This document shows, piece by piece, positions 48,566 through 58,368 of a stretch of DNA of 58,368 nucleotides. The position numbers and the translations under genes are program-made. Position 1 is the stretch's first letter; each line of letters starts with the position of its first letter. The stretch lies in contig WELB01000028.1 of the NCBI GenBank assembly GCA_009602725.1, positions 427,545 to 485,912 of the forward strand. The letters are read 5' to 3'. This stretch comes from Spirogloea muscicola (Eukaryota). Under the pieces are notes generated by a model. It worked only from the letters and a program-made list of their open reading frames with translations, searched no databases and was not told where the DNA came from.

Positions 48566-49530
48566 AAGAAAGGGCTCGCCCATAGAAAAAGAGGGGCTAG
48601 CAAAGCCAGCCCAGAAAAGAATGAACAATGTCCGCAGGCCTCAAGGGCCACAAAACATGCCCGGAAAGACTGAACTACACACCAAGACACGAAATGTTGC
48701 AGATGGATGCTCAGTAGCCACGAGTGAGCAACAGGAAATCAGAATAACTCGAAGCAGGAAAGGCGGCACTCTGCCGAGACCCTGAGGCAGCAGCCATAGC
48801 GCGGCCAGCGCGCGTGTTGAACGCATGAGCCAAAGAGCGCTGGAGCGAGACCGCCAGCCGCCAGCTGATTCGAAATACCTGAGCAAGGGAGCCGGCAGCA
48901 TTGAAGCCGGGCGAACCCGGCCGCCGCTCGATGGCCTGCCGGGCAAGCCGCTGGAGGAGATCCAACTAGCCGCTGCCGAAGGCCCCGTGAACGTCAATGG
49001 CCAGGGCCGCGAAGTCATCGCCTGGAGGGTGGTCAGCATACTTGCGCTCCTTACTCCGAGCCGCCAAAGCGACCGCGTGCCCAGCGAGCGTCGCCGACTT
49101 CGCGGGGTTGGCGGCGTCGACGCAATCTGCAGTCACCACACCTGCGATGATACTGGACCTCCGCCGGGCGGGATGGCAACTAAGGCAGCGCGTCGGGTGT
49201 GAAGCAGTCTGTCGGCGCCCCGCTGGATGGGCACGATTGTCGTATATTCCACTGCCACCTTGTAGCCGGCCTTCAGGAACACACCCTGCATGGCGTCGCG
49301 CTGGAGGTCGTGTGTACCGGTCCGCTTGCCCCCGTGCGCGCAGCGGAGCATATGGGCAGCCAGCGCCGCAGGGTCATCGTGGCGGGCACCGCACTCGCAC
49401 TGTTGGACCCCGACGAGGCAGGGAGGGAGGAGGCCCAGGAGCCGGTGGACCGCCGTCCTGAAAACCTCGTCGGGTACTGTGAGCGCCGCGTAGATTGGGA
49501 GCGCTGATGACCACGCCGCTGGCCCGGGGT
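48566..49530 (-). mobile_element. 5'-truncated, frameshifted CRE-like element (subfamily A)
   Basis: FRTAVHRLLGL..CECG..HMLRC..RTGTHD..RRAAL and SLQRSLAH..SDFLLLTRGY*. UTR closely similar to 40870-41015. Confidence 0.88.
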
Positions 49531-49630
49531 AATGAATGCGGCTGCTGATATTAAAAGAGCGGCTGTGAAAGCCAGCCAGATGCATACAGGTGATCTTGAC
49601 GGAGCCACAGGCTAGGCAGACAGGGCGCTC

Positions 49631-51200
49631 TTAGTACCCCCGGGTCAGCAGGAGGAAGTCAGATGAGCTGAGGGGAGGAAGAGCAACCCCGCTGCGCAAG
49701 CCAGAGGCTGCTGCAAGGGCGCGACCGGCGCAGCGGTGCAAAGCAAGCGCTTGGGAGCGCTGGAGGGACATAGACAATCGCATGCGGTAGCAGGACACAA
49801 GACCCAAAGGCACCGAGCCTCCAGGAAGTGCTGCACCCTGTTCCCGGCGCCGCTGGTCAGCTTGAGATGCCAGCAGCGAAAGTAACGAGGACCACCGACT
49901 CCCGCAACACCCGTGGATGTCCAGGGGGTAGAAGGTATCACCCACCGGGTGGTCCTTGTACTTGTGCAACTTCTTCTGTTCGGCCACCTTCACGGCATAG
50001 CCGGTCTCAGGAATAATGGGGCCCTTCTTCCGGAAGCTGTCGGTGAGAACGACGTCCATGAGGAGCCGCTTGACCTCCCAGGGGGACGCCAACCAGATCG
50101 ACACGCCTCGTCCGAGGGACCCCGTTGCGAAGTTGGACGGGCATCACCCCGGTGCTCTCCTACGCCACTTGATATCTCGCCTCCTTGACGATGCCATACA
50201 TCGCATCCCGTAGGAGGTTGTGGGAGCCCGTGCGCTCACTGCCGTTGGCACACCTGAGCATGTGGTCACCCATGAGCAATGCATCATGCTCGATAAGCCC
50301 ACATTCACCTTGGGTCACCCCTGCCAAGCACAGGGATGGTAAGCCAAGACGGCGGCGCATAGCATCGCAGAACAAAGCATTTTCAATCCGCAAGCCCGCA
50401 TGCAAAGGCAAGGCGCGGAGCCACTCAGACGCTCCCAGAGACGAAACAGATAGGAGCCGAGCCTGGCTCGAGCATCTCCTTGGAGGAGACTCCGGCGATG
50501 CTCCGGTGGTTGCTCGTCTGCAGCAAGGGGAAACCGCGATTGAGCCTTAACAACAGAAACGTCAGCCCAGGCAGCAAAACTAAGAGGCTCGTTTACCAGA
50601 GGCGGGCATGCGGCAAAGAGGTCCTGTTGGCATGCTTTGAGAGTCACTTGGAAAGGCAGACTCCCCTGCACCACGTTACTGATGTGAGGCGCCAATACAC
50701 GTTGTTGCCCAAGGAGGAATCGTCCAGATATGGACGAAGCCACCTGAGCCCAGAAGCCAAGGTACGCTGGTCTGCACAAGCGGACCAAGGGGCGACAACC
50801 AAGCCCACCGTGACATATGGGCAGCGTACACTGCACCAGTGCTGCTGGAGACTGCTCTAGGAGTGGGTGAGCAATCTTGTCAGCAAGGCATCGTTGGAGC
50901 TTGACATTGATGGATGCATAGACCTCATCTATGGTAACCGAAGGTGGGACCGTTCTTAGGAGGAAACACGGCCGCTGTGCCACACTCCTGGTCAAAATGG
51001 CCACTGCCAACTGAGAGTCCTCGAGGGTGGGGAGCTCTGGCAGGACCTGCATGTATCTTGGAGACGAGCAAGGACAGCACCCTCCGAGAAAGACGGGTCC
51101 CCCACAGGCACTCCCAAGATCCTCAAGCCACCCTCTGGAGTCTGACAAGGTGTAGGCAACGAGGAAAGGAGGGAAAGAGGGATGCCATTGGGGGACCAGG
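49631..51200 (-). mobile_element. Longest CRE-like remnant: end of RT/thumb, zinc knuckle and RLE, frameshifted
   Basis: GLRILGVPVG, FLLRTVPP, QCTLPICHGGLG..PAYLG, RRRLGLP, DHMLRC, DVVLTD, AEQKKLHKY and RLSMSLQRSQA..SDFLLLTRGY*. Confidence 0.88.
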
Positions 51201-51329
51201 CAGAGCACTTGGCAGTACTTATCCCAAGCCCGATGAGCTGGAGCTGGTGCTGAAGCGTGCCGAAAGGAGGCGGCGAGGATCCGGGCGCGCCCTCGAAGGT
51301 CGTGCGGCGGGAGGACCTCCACCACCTGA

Positions 51330-51500
51330 TCACTATTACTCTCACTTGCTGTTGCTCACCCGTGGATACTGAGCTCCATCTGCATCATTCCGTGTCCAGT
51401 TGTGTAGTTTTCCCTTTCTGGCACCGTTTTGTGGCCTTTGGATGTTGGCCATATTTTTCTGGGCTGGCTTTGCTAGCCCCTCTTTTCCTATGGGCGAGCA
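51330..51500 (+). mobile_element. CRE-like subfamily A ORF end plus UTR
   Basis: YSHLLLLTRGY* followed by the subfamily A UTR and stem-loop. Confidence 0.75.
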
Positions 51501-52299
51501 ATGTCTTCGGTCTGGCCTCCCATAGCCATTCTTACATTGAAAGATCTGTTCCTCTATTCCTGACTTAAAGGGCCGAAAGGCGCCATAACCACACAATTGC
51601 GCAAGAGACTACAGCGAATGGGAGCTTAATGACCCCGAGTCAGCAGCCGCAAGTCGGAGTAACTTGCCAGTGGAGGTGTTGAAGGTGGCATAGCCCGTTA
51701 AGCCCCAACACTTGGCACACAGCTGCAACGGCGGTTTCGCCTGCACGTGAACCTGTGCCCCCGCTGATCGAGACACCCCCGCCCGAGTAACCGCCACTGT
51801 TACACTTGGCTACGACGCTAACCGACAGTTATCAGGGGGGGGGGGGGGGGGGGGGCCCAAAAAAGGGGGGGGGGGGGGGGGGGGGGGGGNNNNNNNNNNN
51901 NNNNNNNNNNNNNNNNNNNNNNNNNNNNNNNNNNNNNNNNNNNNNNNNNNNNNNNNNNNNNNNNNNNNNNNNNNNNNNNNNNNNNNNNNNNNNNNNNNNN
52001 NNNNNNNNNNNNNNNNNNNNNNNNNNNNNNNNNNNNNNNNNNNNNNNNNNNNNNNNNNNNNNNNNNNNNNNNNNNNNNNNNNNNNNNNNNNNNNNNNNNN
52101 NNNNNNNNNNNNNNNNNNNNNNNNNNNNNNNNNNNNNNNNNNNNNNNNNNNNNNNNNNNNNNNNNNNNNNNNNNNNNNNNNNNNNNNNNNNNNNNNNNNN
52201 NNNNNNNNNNNNNNNNNNNNNNNNNNNNNNNNNNNNNNNNNNNNNNNNNNNNNNNNNNNNNNNNNNNNNNNNNNNNNNNNNNNNNNNNNNNNNNNNNNN

Positions 52300-52313
52300 C
52301 GCGCCCAGGAGTT

Positions 52314-52359
<46 letters not shown>

Positions 52360-54297
52360 TCCGTCGGCGCCTCGGCTGTCGAGGTGAAGTCCCGACGAAG
52401 TTCTGAGTTGGGTCCTCGTGACGGGCGCTGCAGCTTTGCCGGCAGTGCAGCCGGCTGCGCCGCCAATCTGCCGTCTCCGCCAGCTGACCATCGTGGGCTG
52501 GCTGCGACGGCGCGCCGCGAGCAGGCGCACTGGCTGCAATTCACGCTGCAGCAGATCGACGCCAAGCTGTCGCGGCTGGAGGCGACGGTGCAGCACGTCG
52601 CGGAGCAGGCCGCCGCTGCTGCGTCGGCCGCCAACTTCGCCGTCGTCACCGCCAACGCGCTGCTCAACACCGTGGGCCTGCGCCTCAACCCTCAGAACGG
52701 CGGCCTTGCCAACCCGGCGACGGTAGCTGGCGGAGCGGTCGGCCGGGATCACCACCACGACATGATGGGGGAGCACAATGCCGCCGGCCCGGGGCGGCAG
52801 TCGGACGCGCCCGGCGGCAGCGGCGGCAGCGTGCATGTGCTGCCGCACTTCCTCGGCCTGGCCCTGCAGAACCAGGGCGTGCTGCCTACTGTCGCAGCCA
52901 TGGGCAGCGGGGAGGCGGTGGTGCAGCCCCTGCTGGTGCACGGCGGAGGCGGTCCGGAGACGGACGACACCGGCACCGGCAGTGGCGGCGACGACGGCGG
53001 CGGCGGCGGCCTCGAGGGCACCGCCACGACAGAGCCGCACGGAAGCTTCCGCCGGCCCCGCAAGCGCGGCAAGGTCCACCGCAAGTCCGAGGGCGATGGC
53101 CTCGCCGGCGGCGACGTCAACAACGTGGTCGCCCAGTCGCTGCTCGACCACCACCAGCACCACCACCACGGCGACGGTGCTGGCGGCGGCGGCAGCGGCG
53201 ACGGCGGCAACATCGCCCGGCATCTGGCCATCGAACCCGCCATCGCTGCCAGTCCACAGCCTGTAGCCGCAGTTGGGAAGGCTCGTGGCACTCAGAGCTG
53301 GGTGTGGGGCGGCAAGCACTGGCCCGAGGGCATCGACAAGTTCCTCCTCAATCCTGACCCCCAGACTATTCACGGTTAGTCACTCTCGGAATCACACCTT
53401 CATTTCTCATAACAGGACATAAGTGCAGGCCTTCTGTGATCACTGACCACTCCATCGCCACCTGGGCTGCCTTTCACTGGGGTGTACTTTACAGCCACAG
53501 CTTGCTGTTTGGTGAGGTCCTCCTCCTCCAGGACTGACTCTGCTGTGTCGGGTTGTTCCCTGTCGCTGCAGAGGTGTGGAGCGAGTACATGCATTGCGGG
53601 CCAGACGGTAAGCCGCCGTTGGCAGCTATCCAGTACCGATACGGCAAGCGGTGGGTGCCGATGCCCAACACCAAAGCTGGCAAGAATTGCCGCAAGCACC
53701 TGTGGTCTGCCAGGTTAGCTGGCACCTCCTCGTCCCTTCAGCTTGCTGGACCATTGCCACGTGTAGTGCTGGCCCTGCTCGCCATGCTGAGAAAATCGGC
53801 CATCATGAGCGCACGCCCTTCGCGGCAGCTTCATCTGCTGGCCCTGATGCAAGGCTCGCAGTTGGGGTACTTTGGGCTTGCTGCCTAACTGCAAAGATTG
53901 TATGCTGGGCCACTGTGCGAGCCTCTATTAAGTAAGCGCAAGAGGGAGCGGAAGGAGGGCGTGGTCTTGTGACACTCGCAAACGGCACTTTGTGAGCACC
54001 TGTATTCACATGGACGTCCTGGATTGATCCCTCCACCCTGCTGGAGCCTGGCGCAGGAATGAGTGGATCATCCTGGAGTTTTATGCGAAGCTCGGGGAGC
54101 GGGCGCAGCAGGCCAACGTACAGGCGCGCGTGCTGCAGGAGATGGAGGACAGGCGCAAGGAGTGCAAGAGCCTCGCCAAGTACCGCGACCAGGTGCGGGA
54201 CGAGTTTAAGCTCAACCTCGAGCGGCGCCACAATGCGAAGCAGCGCATGATCCAGGCCCGGCAAGACCTCGGCATATCACTGCAGTACCACGCCTGA
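52300..54297 (+). CDS. Protein with coiled coil, Gly/His-rich linker and C-terminal GCR1_C-like DNA-binding domain; exons up to 53374, 53572-53713, 54057-54297; start probably in gap
   Basis: Spliced product FLLNPDPQTIH|EVWSEYMHCGPDGKPPLAAIQYRYGKRW..RKHLWSA|RNEWIILEF..VLQEMEDRR..SLAK resembles the GCR1_C pattern. Both introns are GT-AG and in phase. Confidence 0.7.
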
Positions 54298-55032
54298 GTC
54301 TCACTCGGACCTTCCTCCATCCTTCCTCTCTACCTCACTCCTCCTCAATGTCCATCCCCTGTCTCCTCAGCTCGACAAGGCAGTGTCAGGTGGTGCCCGC
54401 CCACCTCATCCGCCACATAGCTGCCGGTGTTGACTGGCATGTCATCGTCACATCCCGGCGTGCTGAGCACCTCTGCTATCTGCCAGATGAGGCGAACCCT
54501 TGCCGCCACGGATAGATCAGCTGGTCGATCCTTGAGTCTGGATGTAGCAATAAGCATTAACAGGAAAAGCGCCTCCCAGAGTGAGCCTTCTGAAATGACA
54601 GCGGCCTACATTGGTACTGCGCCATCAACCCCATCTGATTCCAGAGGCGACCAAGGGCAAGTCAATAACAGTCATCAGCATTGTGAAGCAGTGCCGCGCT
54701 GCAGACCGAGCACCTGAGCAGCTCCAGCTTCAGTAGGCAGCACGACTTTCTGATAGTGCAGGGGCAGCAACAGGCTGCTGGGAGCCAGCTTGAAGGCAGT
54801 GGCGTCGCTAAGGAGGGGCTGCCTAAAACGGCAACCTGACCAGTGCCTGCACAGCCAGAGGACACAGCCGTCCTACTTGCTTGGTGGACAACCGGCAGCA
54901 ATGCCTTCAAAGAACATCGTGAAATCCAGGACCAGCAAGGTATTCCGCACAGACGCTCACTTCCGTGCAGGCAAAATGGCACACCACCTACCTTCTGCTC
55001 AGACAGGCATGATCGTAAGGATGCGGGCTACT

Positions 55033-58000
55033 TCATCCAGCGAGATTGATCGTGTAGGAGATGTACGGGTGGAGCTCAGCCTCGCCGCCCAACAAGCTAG
55101 CCATGCCCGCATCATCCGTGCCCTTCCAGAACGAGCTGGACAGAGACCCTCCCAAGCTGGTCAGACTATATTCACTAGCTTACGCTCAAGCATAAAGGAA
55201 TAAGCATCAGTATCAAAGTATGAGCATTGCGGCCATCTACATCAAGTTGAGGCACAGACTGCAAGTAGCACATGGTGCTGCCTGCAATGTCAACAGACAA
55301 CCATAAGTTCCACCAAGCTCACAATGTCAGACGATCAATATCATCCTTGCCATGCTTGTTAAGAGCTGCAAGTACCTGCTCACACTGCTGCTGAGGTTGT
55401 CAAGGGCCTGTCGCAGCTTCTTCTCGCTCCTGGGGTCTGGCGCCAGCACCGTGGACTGCCACAGCATAACGCACATAGCTTTAAGGCTGGGTCCCATTGG
55501 GTTAAGTCAGAGCAAGTTCCACTCGGCAAGACATTCACAACAAGGACGCAGGTGGTTGTCTACGACATTTAAGCCGGTCTTGGCAGATTGCCTGTGGCAC
55601 TGGCGCATTTGCCGCTTCTGGCAGAGCTCTACAGTGTATGCCAAAAAGGAGGGCATCTGTAAGGCTGTAAACTTTACCAAGTATTGGGGCGGAAGACCAT
55701 ATCTTAGGATGCTCTCTGCAAACACTCGGATAGCAGCCATGTGCACCCAGGAAGAGAAGACCTGCGCGGCATAGCAACGTGCACGCGTAAACAAGGATAT
55801 TCGGAGCAGAAGATACGATATCAGCTCTTGCATAACAGAGCTTGCTCAATTCAGGATAATTCCTGCTGCAAGTCAGGAGCCATCCAGCTCTCAAAGAGGG
55901 GAGTAGCATTCATCGCAAGAATGTCATTGCAAGAAGCTGTGAGCAAGGCAGGCCACCCTTCTCACCTCGCCGTAGCTGGCATGGCACCACTGTATGAGTA
56001 GGGACCGCATGCTCTCCTGATCCTCCGTGAGCCGCTCCAGGTCCTCCTGCCGCTGCTTCTGTGAGGCTGGGTCGTGCTCCGCCTCCCTGACCTGCAGACC
56101 GAGTGACGCATTGTTGCGGTTCGTTTATACAAAGACCCTCGTTGCAGGAGCTTTTGCAACACAGGCACGAGCAAAGTGGAGGCAGCATCTCAGCAGTGCC
56201 ATGCCTGTGATACTTGAGCCAGTGGCGGACATTCCGATGAAGACTAGAGGTGCGCGGGCATACCTGAAAGCCTTGCTCTCGGCAGCTCGTCCGGAATGTG
56301 TCTGCCACTTTATGAAAGAGCGTGACAGTGAAGAGGCTGTACTCGTTGTCGTCACATACCTTCTTCGAGGACCTGGGGACCTGGTAAACAGTGGTGCGAG
56401 CTTACGGGCAGCTGATTGCAAAGACAGGCAAAGCCCCTGGTGTGCCTCTTCCCGTATTCGAGCTGGCAGTAAGGGCCAGCCCATGAACTCGTGAAAACGC
56501 AGTACAAGAGGAACTCAAATGCGTGACGAAATCTGGCCTCCAAATACAAGCCGAGCGGGTGAATGCTTACCACAAAGTTGGACAAAGTCTCATACTTAGC
56601 AAGCCACTCCTTCTCGCTGTACTTGGGCACAATGATCAGCAGTGTCGTCAGATGCTCCGATTGGATGATGTCATTGGGGTCAACGACAGTTGAGAGGTCC
56701 CGCACCGCCATGCTGTTCCACAAGCCTGCATGCGTCAGTCATCTTGAACCCCAATTGCTGACATCAGAAAGCAAGCACTTCCTGCTGCACCCAGAAGTTG
56801 GCATGGCTGGTTGCTCATCGTGCTTTCGCTGCTACCAGCTCTGGTGAGGGCTTGGTCTTGACGGGATCACCTGCCGCCAGCCTTGCGAGTGATGGTGTTA
56901 AGTTGGGACCGTACTGTGTTGTATTCGGCAGCCCGAATCTGTGCACGAGCCCCAGACTTAGAAGCCTCAGGCTCTGACTGGAACACCTCGTGAAGACATC
57001 GTTCAGCACTGTGCCTCAGAGGCCTAAACCAGCATCGGTGCCAACATCAGGGGTCGGACGAGCACTACCTTGAGGTCGTCCTCCAACTTGGCGACGCTCT
57101 CGTGGATCGTCTCCACTGTCTCGCGCAGCGAGTTCATCACAGGGTACTTGGCCTCATCCCACGCGAACCTGCAATAAGCTCTCTGGTGGCAATTTAGTGC
57201 CTCTGCGTTTCCAAGATGCAGAGGCCCAAATGAAGTCAAATGCGGGAAGCCAAGGTGGCAGCCAAGAAGAGAGCTTGTGCGAAGTGAGGGAGAGAAGCTG
57301 GCCGGGTGGCATCCTGCTCCAAAGCTACCTGGTGAGGTACGACTCGATGGGCACGCCGTCAACTGAGAGCGTGCCGGGCTCCACACCGGCAGCCTTCTCC
57401 ATGTCCTCCAGCTGACGCCGGATCTTGTGCACCACAGCCTCCACAAAGTTGTTGTTCTGCGGAAGAAAACCCCATACGCCGCCCGCCCCCAGCAACATAA
57501 GCCTGAGCGGCGGCACAGACGCGGGGGCGCAGGAGGGCCTGGGCATTCCAGGGGGGGCAGGCGCGGCGACGACGGAGGCTGGAGCTTGCAGCGCAGAGCA
57601 CCTTGACGAGGTCGTCGCTGAGCGCGAGTAAGGAGTCCAGAGTGCCAATGCGCAGCTCGGGGATGTGGAACTGCCACAGGCACGGCCGAGGCGTATCCGA
57701 GTCGCCGTCAGCGGCGGCTCCCTTTGTGCAACATGCACGGCGACATTGCTAGCTCTGTCGGCCGGCCTTGGCATGGAGCGACGGGGAGACGTGGAGCCTC
57801 CAATCAGTGCGCGGCCACACTCGACGGACGGCGCAGCTCGAGCTGCATACCAGCGACGGCTCTGCCATGGTCCAGCTGACCAATCCCCAACGGCACAGGC
57901 AAACCAGCACGCAGGCGGGCTGCAGCAGCGCCAGCTAGAGGCGCAGCAGCAGTGGCGGCGGCAATAGCGGAGGCGACGGCAACGGCGGCAGCGGCGGCGG

Positions 58001-58143
58001 GTGCGGCAAAGGCGGCAATGGCGTGCCTTGAAGATCTGCGTCTCGAAGGAGAGCTTGGCGAGCTTGTCCTGCGCGGCGGCCCAGGTGGCCTCCCGGCCGC
58101 CGCCCTGCAGCGGCAGCGAGACGAGCCAGTACACGCTCGGCAT
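55033..58143 (-). CDS. VHA-C: V-type proton ATPase subunit C, multi-exon
   Basis: YWLVSLP, FHIPELRIGTLDSLLALSDDL, FAWDEAKYP, AEYNTVRSQL, VRDL..SEHLTTLL, VPRSSKK, VFSSWVH..IRVFAESILRYGLPP and HPYISYTINL. Confidence 0.96.
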
Positions 58144-58368
58144 CTGCCAAGCGGCGCAGCAGAGGGGGTGTGAGCGTCAGCCGGCCATCAGACGCGCCTC
58201 CGCCGCCGCCACTGCCGCCGCCGGCATGGGAGGCGCGATCGCTTGGCGAGCGCGGCGGGCCGAAGGCTCCCGGCGCGGGTCTGCGGACCTCGCCAGCGCC
58301 ACAGGGGCCGTGATCCACACCGCGCTGCCCTCGGCGCCTCAGCCGCCGCTTCCGCCGCCGCCGCCGCC

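Noticed and set aside
51835..51889. Poly(G) runs, possible G-quadruplex
   Set aside because: Next to an N gap and typical of a sequencing artefact.

Overview
Eukaryotic, GC-rich, intron-containing nuclear DNA from a draft assembly with several N gaps. The gene content (nuclear minD with a transit peptide, plant-type ribosomal P3, ADA2, two GRAS genes, plant-type TBC and VHA-C) points to a streptophyte, most plausibly a zygnematophyte alga; this is inference. Genes read by hand through their introns: THUMP-domain RNA methyltransferase, minD, ADA2, a METTL13-like methyltransferase, an NFRKB/DEUBAD-like protein, a TBC Rab-GAP, RPP3, an LRR exon, two tandem GRAS genes, a plastid-targeted LEA-like protein, a GCR1_C-like (Crypton-type DNA-binding domain) protein and VHA-C. 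Intergenic DNA holds about 20 5'-truncated pieces of CRE-clade-like non-LTR retrotransposons (zinc knuckle plus restriction-like endonuclease). These share a terminal peptide (SDLxLLTRGY) and a 3' UTR stem-loop, and several nest in each other or in a 111-bp tandem repeat with clear target-site duplications. The top candidate is a cassette of a full-length 5S rRNA joined to a CRE 3' tail, inserted as one unit into that 111-bp repeat (SINE3-like element or template-switch chimera). All calls come from motif recognition and hand alignment; no database search was run. Exon borders and repeat edges are approximate unless stated.
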